Notes: generated by a model from the letters alone, not told the origin. 63,568 nucleotides of DNA, filler included, from an uncultured Methanoregulaceae archaeon (GCA_964530035.1; 14 parts of 14 records of this genome joined end to end with filler, not necessarily neighbours in it), one strand, 5' to 3'; counted from the first letter of the whole stretch, positions 1 through 11,470 are shown. A program made the numbers and translations.

Positions 1-291
1 CACCTTGTTTGGGTTTTCAGGTCCCATAGAACCGTTTCTCAGATCAATCCTGACAGGATACCGAAAACGTCCCATAAAATTCGATGCACTGGTCAAATAT
101 TCAGGCCGGATCCTCATCGTATGGATCGAGCACTTACCCGGGGTCATCGGAAAAAGGAGAGTCACGGGGTTTTAACTAATATAGGGAAACCCATCCAGGT
201 AAACGATTCCATAAGTACTCGTTTTCGAAACCTGTCCAGGAGGATGTACTCAACAATATGCTTATTGCCCACGTCATTCTTCATCATTCAT

Positions 292-888
292 ATGGGGAAG
301 AAGATCATCGGGGTGCTCGGCAGCCCATTGACTGACGGCAACACGGCCCAGTTGCTGGAGCAGGCCCTGAAAGGGGCCAGGGATGCAGGATGCGACACGG
401 AGACCATATCAGTTTCTTCTCTCGAGTTCGATGCCTGTATGGAGATGATGTTCTGCAGGGAACACTCCACCTGTATCATCGATGATGACATGCAGAAGAT
501 CTATCCCAAGTTCCAGGAGATGGACAGCCTGGTCCTGGCAACACCCGTGATGACCATGGGAATACCGGGAAAACTGAAGTCCTTCATGGACCGGTTCCAG
601 GTCTTCTTCATGGCAAAATACCTGCGAAAGGACCCAATGGTCGATAAAAACCTGAAAAAGCACCGAAGAGGGCTCTTTATCTGTATTTCAGGCATGAGTA
701 TACCAGAGGTATTCGATGGGGTGAAACTGTCGGTTCATGCCTTTTTTGATATTATTGACTGCCATTACAGCGATGAACTTCTCATCAGCAACATGGACAC
801 AATCCGGGACATCAAGACCCGGCAGGACCTTCTTGATTCAGCGTATAGAAAGGGGTATGACCTGGGAAAATCCCTGGTGGACAGCTAG
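292..888 (+). CDS. Flavodoxin-like / iron-sulfur flavoprotein (Isf, NADPH-dependent FMN reductase family)
   Basis: GSPLTDGNT FMN loop, C-x5-C-x5-C...DDM, ATP(V) and LKSFMDR motifs; start moved to ATG 292 (MGKKIIGV). Confidence 0.8.
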   Translation: MGKKIIGVLGSPLTDGNTAQLLEQALKGARDAGCDTETISVSSLEFDACMEMMFCREHSTCIIDDDMQKIYPKFQEMDSLVLATPVMTMGIPGKLKSFMDRFQVFFMAKYLRKDPMVDKNLKKHRRGLFICISGMSIPEVFDGVKLSVHAFFDIIDCHYSDELLISNMDTIRDIKTRQDLLDSAYRKGYDLGKSLVDS

Positions 889-1061
889 ACCAGGCTGCGG
901 GCAAATTTATCATGCCTGCCGGGATTTTCTTCCAGGAACTTCTCTTTAACTACGTCATCTGTTTTACCAGCCTTTGCGGTCCCAGGGTCGCCGATCCTGT
1001 TCCGGAAGAGGTTGTTCCGATGAATAAAAACGTCGAGGAAAGGAATAAAAAAGGAACTTGC

Positions 1062-2306
1062 TCAGTACTTCTGTCTCCTGATGCGGACAGACGAAGCATG
1101 AGCATGAAGCCCCTCTGCCTCGGCAATTGTTTCAACGATATCCCCTATTGCCTCAAGTCCTTCGGGAGCGACCATCTCGACCGATGCGGTCTTGCAGAAA
1201 TGGTTCACATCAAGACCAGAATAGATCTTTGAATGCCCTGCAGTCGGCAGGACGTGATTTGTCCCGATCGCATAGTCCCCGCTGGCTACCGCAGAGAAAC
1301 GTCCGACAAAGATCGCTCCGGCATTTTCGACCTTCGTGACAAGCGCAAGAGCGTCCACGGTCTGGATAGACAGGTGTTCGGGGGAGACCTCGTCTGACAC
1401 TGATACTGCCTCCTCTAAGTCCTCAACGACTATGTAGCCCGAATTTCCAAGTGCTTTTTCAATTATTTCCTTCCGGGGAGCTTTTTCCCTCATGGCGGCG
1501 ATATACTCCCCGGTTTTCTGTGCAATGGACCTGTCGGTCGTGATCAGGAGGCAGGCCGCATCAGGGTCATGCTCCGCCTGGGCAAGGATATCCGCGGCGA
1601 CGATCTCGGGGTCAGCCGTATGATCGGCGATTATTGCGACCTCGCTCGGTCCGGCAGGGAAATCGATTTCCACCTTCTCCCGGAGCATCATCTTCGCCAT
1701 CGTTACATACACATTCCCAGGGCCGACGATCTTCTGCACGGGCCGGATGGTCTTCGTCCCGAGGGCCATTGCAGCGATTGCCTGTGCACCTCCTGCATTG
1801 TATATCTCGGAGACTCCCGCTATGTCGAGGGCGACCAATGTCAGGGGCTTGATCGGGGGCGGTGAACATGCACAGATTTCATGCACCCCGGCAACTTTTG
1901 CCGGGACTGAACACATGAGGGCGGTTGACGGATACGCCGCCCGTCCTCCTGGGACATAAATCCCGACACGACGGAGAGGCGTCGTTTTCACCCCAAGGAC
2001 AATGCCCGGTTCGACATTATCCAGCCAGAGACCCCTGGGCCGCTGGAGTTCGTGGAACTGCTCAATGCGGGCTTCAGCCTCGATGAGCCGTTCGACAAGC
2101 CGGGTGTCCACCTTATCATAGGCCGCCTCGACTTCGTCCTCATACACCGCTACCTCCTCAAGCACGACATGGCGGGACATTGCCTTGAGGGCTTCATCAC
2201 CATCCCTTCGCACCCGGTCAATTATCTCAGCAACGTTCGCACGGACGTCCTCAAGGCTTGAAGTCCTCCCGGCAACCCATGCATCAACGTCGACTTCCTT
2301 CCACAT
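1062..2306 (-). CDS. hisD: Histidinol dehydrogenase
   Basis: [40 protein letters not shown] and [13 protein letters not shown] motifs. Confidence 0.97.
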   Translation of the reverse strand: MWKEVDVDAWVAGRTSSLEDVRANVAEIIDRVRRDGDEALKAMSRHVVLEEVAVYEDEVEAAYDKVDTRLVERLIEAEARIEQFHELQRPRGLWLDNVEPGIVLGVKTTPLRRVGIYVPGGRAAYPSTALMCSVPAKVAGVHEICACSPPPIKPLTLVALDIAGVSEIYNAGGAQAIAAMALGTKTIRPVQKIVGPGNVYVTMAKMMLREKVEIDFPAGPSEVAIIADHTADPEIVAADILAQAEHDPDAACLLITTDRSIAQKTGEYIAAMREKAPRKEIIEKALGNSGYIVVEDLEEAVSVSDEVSPEHLSIQTVDALALVTKVENAGAIFVGRFSAVASGDYAIGTNHVLPTAGHSKIYSGLDVNHFCKTASVEMVAPEGLEAIGDIVETIAEAEGLHAHASSVRIRRQKY

Positions 2307-2573
2307 GGTGAGAACACATGAAACAGGTATGGTTGTTAATGTTTCGGGTTCTCCATTTCCTGGATGAACCAGATCACTTCATCGAGATCCGGGACCAAAT
2401 GAACCGGATAAACCTTAACGAACCTCGCCCTTCCGTTACAGGACCATGCGTGGTCATGGGGGAGGGCAGCTCACATCGGACCTGACCTCCATCCAGCCAG
2501 AACCACAAGGGTGGCGTTACATGTATTGATTTCATATCGCATCCGATCTTCCAATGAAGGGTGATACGACGTC

Positions 2574-3602
2574 ATGATTGAAATTGCCATAATAACGGTC
2601 ATCCTGGCGTTCGCATTCACATTCACCAACGGGTTTCAGGACGCCAGCTCAATCGCCGCAACATTCATTGCATCACGGTCGGCATCGCCAAAAAAAGGAA
2701 TGGTTTACATTGCCGGGGTTGCGTCGATCGGTGCGATCCTTGGGGGGAGTGCTGTTGCGTTCACGATATCCGGGCTTGTCGTTCTCCCCTCGCCTGATCA
2801 GACCCTGCTCGTACTGCTCGTCGCACTCCTGACTGCTACGGTATGGAACATCATCACCTGGAAATTCGGTCTCCCATCATCGTCAACACATTCGTTGGTT
2901 GGAGGACTTGTCGGGGGCGGTATTGCCGCAGCGGGTATTGAGAGTGTATCCTGGGGCATAGGGGATCTGACCACCCCACCCTTTGAAATTACCGGCCTGG
3001 TAAAAATATTCTTTTTTTTCATCATTTCACTCCTGATTGGTTTCATCGGGAGCTACGTGATGCACAAATGCACAGGGATCCTCCTGCGCAATGCACAGAG
3101 ATCAATCAACAGACCGATAATATTCCTCAACTGGTGCGCTGCGGGAGTAATGGCCTTTTCAAACGGTGCGAACGACTCCCAGAAACAGCTCGGAATCATT
3201 GCCCTTGCCCTCTTTTCTGCGGGGCTCTCAGCCGCAGCGGAGGTGCCCTGGTGGTCGAGGGGGATCTGTGCCATCATGCTTGCAGCCGGGACCATGAGTG
3301 GCGGCTGGCGTATCATGAATACCCTGGGGAGAAGGATATTCAAAATCGAGCCGATTCATTCCTTTGATTCACAATTTTTTTCTTCGTCGTCCATCGCCCT
3401 CTCCACACTTGCCGGGGCACCTGTATCCTCAACCCAGATCATCACGATGTCTGTGCTGGGGGTGGGGGCAGCGGATAATCCAAGGAAAGTGAAATGGTCG
3501 GTTGGGACTCACATCCTGATTGCGATGCTGCTAACCCTGCCTGCCACCATGATTATATCAGCCGCCCTGTACTCGTTGATTATCACCACAGGAGGTGCGT
3601 GA
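2574..3602 (+). CDS. PiT-family inorganic phosphate transporter
   Basis: NGFQDA and GANDSQK signature repeats, GLPSSSTH, PVSSTQ, many TM segments. Confidence 0.93.
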   Translation: MIEIAIITVILAFAFTFTNGFQDASSIAATFIASRSASPKKGMVYIAGVASIGAILGGSAVAFTISGLVVLPSPDQTLLVLLVALLTATVWNIITWKFGLPSSSTHSLVGGLVGGGIAAAGIESVSWGIGDLTTPPFEITGLVKIFFFFIISLLIGFIGSYVMHKCTGILLRNAQRSINRPIIFLNWCAAGVMAFSNGANDSQKQLGIIALALFSAGLSAAAEVPWWSRGICAIMLAAGTMSGGWRIMNTLGRRIFKIEPIHSFDSQFFSSSSIALSTLAGAPVSSTQIITMSVLGVGAADNPRKVKWSVGTHILIAMLLTLPATMIISAALYSLIITTGGA

Positions 3603-3608
3603 ATACCC

Positions 3609-4274
3609 ATGGAAAGGAACGATGACCCCTCCCGGAACCTCCAGGATAAAGCAAGAAAAAGAAACCCATTTTTCGAACTTTTTCCGCGTGAGCATGATTT
3701 TGAACTCATGCTGGCAAACCAGGCTGAAATGACCGTTTCCGGTCTGCAGACATTTATCGTCTGGCTGGATACACGGCTTTCGGTAAATGCCCGAGAACTT
3801 CAGCGTATCGAGACGGAGGTCGATTCCATCCGCCGGGATATGGAAGAAAAACTGGTACGGTCATTTTCCACCCCCTTTGACCGCCAGGACATCTTCAGCA
3901 TTTCCCGCCAGATGGATTACATCCTCAACTTTTCGAATGAAACCGTCAAGGAGATGTACGCCTTCGGGGTTGAAACAGACCACTACATCGAGAAGATGGC
4001 AGGTCACCTGCTCGAGGGCACAACCTGTATCTCAAGAGGGATCAGGAGTATTACTTCAGACAAGAATGCCGTCGAGGGGGAGATCCGCCGTGCACGGGAA
4101 GACTACCACAGGATCGAAGAATTATACATAACCAGTATGACAGAACTGTTGAAAACCAGCGACCCCATGTATGCATTACGGAAACGTGAGATCTATCACC
4201 ACCTCCGTGATGCAGGACGGGCAATGCGGGACACGCTGGACATCCTGCATAATGCGGTAATCGACCTGGCCTGA
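3609..4274 (+). CDS. DUF47 / PhoU-like phosphate transport regulator
   Basis: FSTPFDRQDI motif; lies directly downstream of the PiT gene. Confidence 0.9.
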   Translation: MERNDDPSRNLQDKARKRNPFFELFPREHDFELMLANQAEMTVSGLQTFIVWLDTRLSVNARELQRIETEVDSIRRDMEEKLVRSFSTPFDRQDIFSISRQMDYILNFSNETVKEMYAFGVETDHYIEKMAGHLLEGTTCISRGIRSITSDKNAVEGEIRRAREDYHRIEELYITSMTELLKTSDPMYALRKREIYHHLRDAGRAMRDTLDILHNAVIDLA

Positions 4275-4417
4275 TAGAGGCCTTTCCATTTCCCTTACAA
4301 TCCGAAATATTTTCAATACTACAGGTCACCGGGAGACGGGAGGCAGGGTTCAACTCGCATGCGACCTTTTCTGCATGATCCGGGAACCCGGGCTGGCGTA
4401 CCTGGACAGACAGAGGT

Positions 4418-4777
4418 TCACAACACGCACACTTTGCAGTCCTGTTGACCGCAGGGAGTGTTGATTATCTTCCATTTCAATGCCCAGCTCTTGATGTCCC
4501 TGATGATGTCCACAATCTCGAGCCCGCTCTCCGTCAGGCTGTACTCGGCCCGGACAGGAAACGCGGTTGCATCGACCTTTCGCGAGATAATATCCTCCTC
4601 CTCGAGTTCCTTGAGCCGTTCAGAGAGGACCTTTGGCGTTATTCCATGGAGAGCAACGCGAAGTTCTGAAAAGCGCCGCGTGTATTGGTCGCCCTTGTAG
4701 AGTTCAAGTATAATGAGGAGTGTCCAGCGCTTCGAGAGGTACCGGACGGTCCTGCTGACAGTGCATGAATCCTGCAT
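4418..4777 (-). CDS. HxlR-family winged-helix transcriptional regulator (Cys-containing)
   Basis: KRWTLLII..RRFSEL..ITPKVLSERLKELE..PVRAEYSLTESG; N-terminal Cys and C-terminal C-x4-C-x2-C. Confidence 0.9.
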   Translation of the reverse strand: MQDSCTVSRTVRYLSKRWTLLIILELYKGDQYTRRFSELRVALHGITPKVLSERLKELEEEDIISRKVDATAFPVRAEYSLTESGLEIVDIIRDIKSWALKWKIINTPCGQQDCKVCVL

Positions 4778-4857
4778 GGTATGGAAATGGAAACTTTTCT
4801 CTATTTATAATTTAGTATAATAATTATACCTTGTTTCAAAAAGAGACCTAATGGAGT

Positions 4858-4957
4858 NNNNNNNNNNNNNNNNNNNNNNNNNNNNNNNNNNNNNNNNNNN
4901 NTTAATTAATTAANNNNNNNNNNNNNNNNNNNNNNNNNNNNNNNNNNNNNNNNNNNN
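4858..4957. other. Artificial contig spacer N44-TTAATTAATTAA-N44; also at 9789, 14651, 19370, 24087, 28788, 33308, 37806, 42274, 46715, 51142, 55364 and 59476 (100 nt each)
   Basis: Identical 100-nt spacer with stops in all six frames; contig lengths decrease monotonically (4831, 4762, 4619, 4617, 4601, 4420...). Confidence 0.99.
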
Positions 4958-4958
4958 G

Positions 4959-5486
4959 AACCAGTATACTGCATTTTCAGCGATCCGGAATGCCAGGAGA
5001 ATCACGGGTGACACGCTCCTGCTTCGCCACCTTGAGGCGGTCGACCATGTACAGGCGATGGCGATGAAGTCAGGCTGGTGCGGAAGACCGCCCCGTTCCC
5101 GGAGCCAGCACGAGGCCCATGAGGCTTTTTCATTGTTCATGAATATCTTAAGCGACCTCGAAGTCCGGTCTTCCACCCTCGTCAGGTCAAGAAAGGCAGC
5201 GAGGGTGCTCCGTTCCCTCCCTCCGGACAAAGCCTTCCATTTCTCCTATCCGCACCGTTATGCAGGTTTTTCTGCCCACAATCTTGCTGAGTTTCTGGAG
5301 ATGATCGGTTTTGCACCTGATGAAGTCATTGCCTTCCACCAGGAGCGTGGCGATTTCGCCCGCTGGATCGAAGAGGTTCTTGAAGATGCCATCCTTGCCC
5401 GCGAGGTACAGAAATGCCAGGACCGGTGCGGTCTGGACAGGTCGGTACGGAAACGGATAGAATACCTGGAAAAACGCTTAAAATAG
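4959..5486 (+). CDS. C-terminal part of a GH57 alpha-amylase-like protein with DUF5752-like tail (5' truncated)
   Basis: Frame open from the contig edge (NQYTAFSAI..RHLEAVDHVQAMAMK); tail FHF..AHNLAEF..FHQERGDFARWI; glycogen gene context. Confidence 0.65.
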   Translation, partial: NQYTAFSAIRNARRITGDTLLLRHLEAVDHVQAMAMKSGWCGRPPRSRSQHEAHEAFSLFMNILSDLEVRSSTLVRSRKAARVLRSLPPDKAFHFSYPHRYAGFSAHNLAEFLEMIGFAPDEVIAFHQERGDFARWIEEVLEDAILAREVQKCQDRCGLDRSVRKRIEYLEKRLK

Positions 5487-6628
5487 CGTTTTTCTGCTGG
5501 GAATCCGTATATTCCGTGAAGGTCGGCGGGTTGGCCCCTGCCGCGACCCATTTAGCGGAGCGTCTGGCACGGACCCACGAGGTCCACTTCTTTACCAGGG
5601 GCCAGGGCCAGGACACGGAAATAAACAATGTCAGGTTTCATTATTGTAATCCCAGCGGGCCCCATATCCTGGCCTATTGCCAGGACTTTTCCAAACAGGT
5701 CCTCGACCTCTTTTCCCATTACGATGACCCCCCGTTCGATATCATCCATGTCCACGACTGGCATGCCGTAGATGCGCTCCACGAGCTCCGCAGCCGGGTC
5801 ACCGTAATGTCATTCCATTCCACAGAATATGGCAGAAACGGGAGTGCCTTTGGAGACTGGTGGGAGTTCAAGGAGATCTCGGGAAAGGAGTGGTATGGGG
5901 GATTTATCGCACGGCGTGTGACCACCGTTTCAAAACACACGAAAACGGAGGTCATGTGGCTCTATAATGTCCCAGGTTGGAAGATAACCGTTATCCCGAA
6001 CGGGATTGACCCCGAGCTCTATTACGAACCAGTCGACCCGGCAGAGGTAAAGAAACAGTACGGCATCCACCCGCTCGTTCCCATGGTGCTGTTCGTCGGA
6101 AGGCTTGTCTACCAGAAAGGCCCGGACATCCTCATCAAGGCGATACCAGCCGTACTTCATAAAAGGGGGGATGTCCAGTTTGTTATCGCCGGTGACGGTT
6201 CGATGAGGGGATGGCTGGAGGAGATCTCCCGGGGACTTCCGGTGACGTTCACAGGTTTCCTAACCGATGCAGGGATACGCCGCCTGATGAACGCCGCCGA
6301 TGTGGTCGTAATTCCGAGTCGCAACGAGCCGTTTGGCCTGGTGCTGACCGAGGCCTGGTCAGCGGGCAAATGTGTCGTAGCATCCGATGTGGGGGGGCTT
6401 GCAGAAAACATCGATAACTTTATCGACGGGATCAAGGTCCCGGTCAGGGCGGATTCGCTCGCCTGGGGGATAAATTATGTGATAGATGACCCCAGGATGA
6501 TGCGCCAGCTTGGCAGGGCGGGGAGGCTAAAGGTATCAACGGAGTTTGACTGGGACCTTGTCGCTGCCTCGGTCATGAGAGTATACGAATCAGCAATGCG
6601 TGACAGTCGTACGGATCCCGGGGTGTAA
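5414..6628 (+). CDS. GT4 glycosyltransferase (probable archaeal glycogen synthase)
   Basis: WES..KVGGL, HVHDWH, FVGRLVYQKG and PSRNEPFGLV..EAW motifs; start uncertain. Confidence 0.88.
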   Translation: MPGPVRSGQVGTETDRIPGKTLKIAFFCWESVYSVKVGGLAPAATHLAERLARTHEVHFFTRGQGQDTEINNVRFHYCNPSGPHILAYCQDFSKQVLDLFSHYDDPPFDIIHVHDWHAVDALHELRSRVTVMSFHSTEYGRNGSAFGDWWEFKEISGKEWYGGFIARRVTTVSKHTKTEVMWLYNVPGWKITVIPNGIDPELYYEPVDPAEVKKQYGIHPLVPMVLFVGRLVYQKGPDILIKAIPAVLHKRGDVQFVIAGDGSMRGWLEEISRGLPVTFTGFLTDAGIRRLMNAADVVVIPSRNEPFGLVLTEAWSAGKCVVASDVGGLAENIDNFIDGIKVPVRADSLAWGINYVIDDPRMMRQLGRAGRLKVSTEFDWDLVAASVMRVYESAMRDSRTDPGV

Positions 6629-8546
6629 CGTGGAGGAAGCGGGAACGATACCCTATTTCACCGACTATGACGTGTTCCTGTTCAGGCAGGGGACACATTC
6701 CCGCCTGTATGAAAAAATGGGGGCCCACCTTGCTACAAAGAACGGTGAAAAGGGGGTTTTCTTTGCGGTCTGGGCTCCGGAAGCACGGTCGGTATCAGTC
6801 ATTGGTACGTGGAATGACTGGGACCCTGGTGCCGATCTCCTCGGTCTCAGCCCGGCAGGTACCGGAATCTGGGAAGCATTCGTCCCGGGAGTCAATGACG
6901 GCAGTTTGTACAAGTACCACATCGTTCCGAATAACGGAGCCGGTGCCTTTGACAAGGGGGACCCGTTCGCTTTTTTCTGGGAACTGCCCCCGAAAACAGC
7001 TTCGATCGTGAGAGACCTGTCGTATTGCTGGAAGGACCACGAGTGGATGTCACAACGGGCCCTTAAAAACCCGCTCGAGGAGCCTGTTTCGATTTACGAG
7101 GTCCATATAGGCTCATGGAAGCGTGTCCCGGGACAGGACTTCCGCTCACTCTCGTACCGTGAAATAGGTCATGAACTGGGTGAGTATGTCACAGACATGG
7201 GGTTCACCCACGTCGAGTTCCTCCCGGTCATGGAGCACCCTTATTATCCGTCCTGGGGATACCAGACCCTTGGGTACTTTGCCCCGACAAGCCGTTTTGG
7301 TGTCCCGCAGGACTTCATGGCCCTTGTCGATCACCTTCACAGGCTGGGAATAGGGGTGATCCTCGACTGGGTGCCTTCACATTTCCCGGATGACGCCTAT
7401 GGTCTGAGGTTGTATGACGGGACGGCACTCTATGAACACCATGACGACAGGCAGGGCCTGCATCCCGAATGGAAAAGCAGGATTTTCAACTATGGCCGTC
7501 ATGAGGTCAGATCGTTCCTGATAAGCAGCGCCCTCTTCTGGCTTGACCGTTACCATGCGGACGGCATCAGGGTCGATGCCGTGGCCTCGATGCTATACCA
7601 CGATTTTGCGCGGCAGGACTCCGGGTGGGTTCCGAACCGGTACGGGGGCAGGGAAAACCTCGATGCCATCGAATTCATGCGACGGTTGAACGAGGCAGCG
7701 TACACCTCCCACCCGGGGATCATCATGATAGCAGAGGAATCCAGTGCGTGGCCGATGGTAACACGGCCACAGGACACCGGCGGCCTTGGTTTCGCACTCA
7801 AATGGAACATGGGCTGGATGCATGACACCCTTGACTTTTTCGCGCGGGACCCGGTCCACAGGAAATACCATCATAACCAGCTGACCTTCTCGATCTGGTA
7901 TGCCTTTTCTGAAAACTTTCTCCTGCCTTTCTCACATGACGAGGTCGTGCACGGCAAGCATTCGCTCATCGGGAGGATGCCCGGGGACGACTGGCAGAAG
8001 TTTGCCAATTTGCGGGCGATGTTCGGCTACATGTACACCCACCCGGGAAAGAAACTTCTCTTCATGGGTTGTGAGTTTGGCCAGCGAAACGAGTGGTACC
8101 ATGAAACGAGCCTTGACTGGCACCTGCTCGGCAACCCGCTCCACTCCGGGCTCCTTGCATGGATGCGCGACCTCCAGTGGTTCTACCGTACGACCCCGGC
8201 ATTATACAGGAACGATTTTTCCGGTTCAGGCTTCTCCTGGATGGACTGCTCCGATCATGAGCAGAGCGTCATCGTGTTCACACGGTTCGGCAGGCCGGGG
8301 GATGTGCCGGTCCTCGTAGCCCTGAACCTCACGCCGGTGGTACGGCGGGAGTACCGGGTCGGGGTCCCGTCAGGGGGAAGGTGGACAGAACGGCTCAACA
8401 GTGATAGCGCTATCTATGGCGGGAGTAATACCGGGAACCTGGGTGGGGTCGATGCCGAGCTCTTCCGGTACCATGGGAGGGACTGGTCTGTCCTCCTGAC
8501 GCTCCCCCCGCTCTCGGCAACGGTACTGACCGGTGAGGCCCGATGA
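6600..8546 (+). CDS. glgB: 1,4-alpha-glucan branching enzyme (GH13)
   Basis: FAVWAP, IYEVH.GSW, SWGYQ, DWVPSHFP, DGIRVDAVASM, AEESS, KWNMGWMHD and SHDEVVHGK motifs. Confidence 0.96.
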   Translation: MTVVRIPGCNVEEAGTIPYFTDYDVFLFRQGTHSRLYEKMGAHLATKNGEKGVFFAVWAPEARSVSVIGTWNDWDPGADLLGLSPAGTGIWEAFVPGVNDGSLYKYHIVPNNGAGAFDKGDPFAFFWELPPKTASIVRDLSYCWKDHEWMSQRALKNPLEEPVSIYEVHIGSWKRVPGQDFRSLSYREIGHELGEYVTDMGFTHVEFLPVMEHPYYPSWGYQTLGYFAPTSRFGVPQDFMALVDHLHRLGIGVILDWVPSHFPDDAYGLRLYDGTALYEHHDDRQGLHPEWKSRIFNYGRHEVRSFLISSALFWLDRYHADGIRVDAVASMLYHDFARQDSGWVPNRYGGRENLDAIEFMRRLNEAAYTSHPGIIMIAEESSAWPMVTRPQDTGGLGFALKWNMGWMHDTLDFFARDPVHRKYHHNQLTFSIWYAFSENFLLPFSHDEVVHGKHSLIGRMPGDDWQKFANLRAMFGYMYTHPGKKLLFMGCEFGQRNEWYHETSLDWHLLGNPLHSGLLAWMRDLQWFYRTTPALYRNDFSGSGFSWMDCSDHEQSVIVFTRFGRPGDVPVLVALNLTPVVRREYRVGVPSGGRWTERLNSDSAIYGGSNTGNLGGVDAELFRYHGRDWSVLLTLPPLSATVLTGEAR

Positions 8547-9788
8547 ACAAGGGGTATGTCTGCATCCACGGGCACTTTTACCAGCCCCCGCGGGAAGACC
8601 CCTGGACCCGGGAGGTCCCGGTTGAACCATCCGCCTTCCCGTTCCTGAACTGGAACGAACGTATCTGCGCCGAGTGTTACAGGCCGTTCTCGGATGCCCG
8701 GATACTGGGAGCTGAAGGCCTTATCGAGGATATCGTCAACCTGTACAGTAAGGTCAGTTTCAATGCCGGCCCGACCCTCCTCTCCTGGCTGGAGGCCGCC
8801 AATCCCGCGGTGTACTCAGCGATGATAGAGGGAGACCGCGATGCGGCGGAAAGGTTCGGGGGACATGGTACAGCTGTCGCAATGCCGTACTACCACCTGA
8901 TCCTTCCCCTCTGCCGTCCGGATGACAGGGACGTCGTTATCCGCTGGGGTATCGACGACTTCAGGGAGCGTTTTTCACGTGAGCCTGAAGGGATGTGGCT
9001 GCCTGAGACCGCGGTCGATACCGATACCCTTGAGGCGCTGGCACGAGAAGGCATGAGGTTCACCATTCTCGGGCCGGACCAGGCCGCCAGGGTCAGGAAA
9101 CCCGGTGGTCTCTGGCAGGAGGTGACCAGGGGAGACCTCGATACTACGATACCGTACGTGTGCCGCCTCCCTTCAGGCAAGGATATCGCCGTTTTCTTTT
9201 ACGATGGAGCGATTGCTTCGGAGATCGCCTTTGGAGACCTCCTTGCTGACGGGAAGAACCTAGCAGCACGTCTCCTGAAGCCCCTCGAACCAGCGGGGGC
9301 CAGGGAGGGTATCGTGAACGTGGCCGTTGATGGAGAGACCTTCGGACATCATAAGGCGTTTGGAGAAATGGCTCTCGCTTATGCAATCAAGGTTATTTCC
9401 GGGGGTAATACCGCACGTATCACGACATACGGCCAGTACCTCGCGGATCACCCGCCGGTATGCGAGGTCGAGGTAATCCCGGGGAGCTCCTGGTCATGCG
9501 CACACGACCTCTGCCGCTGGAAGGGCGGGTGCACCTGTGCGATGGGGGGCAGGCTGTCGTGGTCTGTTGACTGGAGAGAGCCCCTCAGGGCTGCCATGGA
9601 CCAGCTCAATGACTCCCTGTCAGCGTTTTACCGTGCCGAGATATCCCGGGCAGGCCTGGACCCGGAACATGTCAGGAACGCCGCGGGGCCGCTGGTATCG
9701 TATCAGTCGGCTTTCCAGGCTCAAAAACTCCTGGCGAGGTTCAGGATAACGGACACTGACACGGCAGCCCGGGGCCTCTCTCTTAGCG
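8543..9788 (+). CDS. GH57 / DUF3536-family glycoside hydrolase (3' truncated)
   Basis: IHGHFYQPPRE, GMWLPETAVD, DGETFGHH and SWSCAH motifs. Confidence 0.9.
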
Positions 9789-9888
9789 NNNNNNNNNNNN
9801 NNNNNNNNNNNNNNNNNNNNNNNNNNNNNNNNTTAATTAATTAANNNNNNNNNNNNNNNNNNNNNNNNNNNNNNNNNNNNNNNNNNNN

Positions 9889-10404
9889 TGAGAAAAAGGG
9901 TCCGCGGAGATTTTCAATCCTGACCGCCTCTTCCCACGAGATGTCACCGCTGTCCAGGTCCTTCATGCGTTCGGGTTCCAGCTGGATGCAGTAGATGTTC
10001 GGCACTCGTTCCCAGAACCAGTCCGCGCTCCCGAACTGGACAAAATCCGGGTCCATGCCGGGGATTTTTTCAAGTTCTGAATACAGCTCGTGTCCGGCCG
10101 GAGAGTTTTCCAGGCAGAGGGCAAGGTATGCAATGCGGTATTCTATCCGGCCGACTTCACGCGAGTACCGCGATACCGGCACGAGGTTCTCGCGGTCAGG
10201 TTCACATGCATGGACAAAATGCCCAAAGCAGCACTGGACCGTGAAACAGTGCGGAATCCAAAGAAATTCCTGGACAAGCGGAAGGAGGGGAACATCGATG
10301 GCCTTTTTCTGAACCTCTTCCCGGAGGTTCCGGTGTGCCATCTTCCGGTCCTCGCTGTAGCGGGGATGGGTTGTGAACGGGCGGGGTGGTGTGAAGGTTT
10401 CCAT
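9889..10404 (-). CDS. Conserved hypothetical protein; its 3' end continues on the contig ending at 55363
   Basis: ORF with ID.PL..LV...FT.QCC.GHF motif; 9889-9943 is identical to 55309-55363. Confidence 0.7.
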
Positions 10405-10699
10405 GGGTATTCCACAACCGGATAACCGGGATTATTCTGTGGTATTTGACCAGCCATAGGTAATAAATGCCCCATGTCCCGGAACAACGAATATGAACAG
10501 TCAATACTTCGGGATGACCCGCCCGGTTTTTTTCATGCAGTCCCGGAACTCATCGCCGAACTCCGCAATGAGCAGATCTTCTTCCTTTGACACCCTGAAA
10601 AAGCAGAGCAGCCCCCAGGCAGGAGGGTGAAAGAAGAAAGGGCCTATCTTCTCAAGGATACCTGTTTTGCTCTATAAGACCTCTCCGTGGTCCCGGGCA

Positions 10700-11113
10700 T
10701 CACCGGGCCTTCGGGTCGGGCTGGAGCATCCCGAAGAGGTTCCCCTCGGTATCGGCACAGCGGGCCCACCAGCCAATCCCGCGGATTGCCATCCGGGGGT
10801 CCATGACCCGTCCGCCGGACGCACGGACCTTTTCAACGAAGGCACCGAGGTCAGGGACCTCCACCGTGCAGAGGAAGGCGTTCACGGCCTGGCCTTCAGT
10901 AGGTGGCTCCCCCCGGCGGAACACGATCCCGCCGTTCACCGTGGCCTGCACGGGGTCCACCATGGTGTTCACGAGCCAGAACCGGTTCTCGTCCTCCATC
11001 CGCACGCCCGGTATCACCCATTCCCGGATGTCCCAGCCGAACACGTCCCGGTAGAAGGCCGCGGCCCGCTCAGGGTCCTGTGCCTGCACCTCGAAATGGA
11101 TTATCCTGCACAT
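10700..11113 (-). CDS. VOC / glyoxalase-bleomycin resistance family protein
   Basis: IIHFEV..DPERAAAFY..VFGW, NGGI and DTEGNLFG motifs. Confidence 0.9.
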   Translation of the reverse strand: MCRIIHFEVQAQDPERAAAFYRDVFGWDIREWVIPGVRMEDENRFWLVNTMVDPVQATVNGGIVFRRGEPPTEGQAVNAFLCTVEVPDLGAFVEKVRASGGRVMDPRMAIRGIGWWARCADTEGNLFGMLQPDPKAR

Positions 11114-11470
11114 ATGCTGTTCATCTCCCTGTATCGTTTTATAAGTGCCTTTTTTGTCATACGGCCGTACCCAACCCCTCCATTCCGGGTCGCCAGGGAC
11201 CACATGGTTCTTTCAGTCTTCCCGTTTCAACGGACGGTCCCTGGACAGGCTGACCCGTATCAGCACGGGTGGACGGGACTGTTTCTGAAGTGGCCGGCCT
11301 TACGTGCCGCCCTGTCGCTACCACCGGAGGAACTGCCTTCAGATAACCTCATCACTCCCGTAAAATGACCCGGAAAAGACCGGCATTCATCCGGTTGATC
11401 TATCAGGCACCCTTCCTGACTCCCGATGCACTACGTACCCGGCCTGTTGGATATACCGGAGAAATTACAC

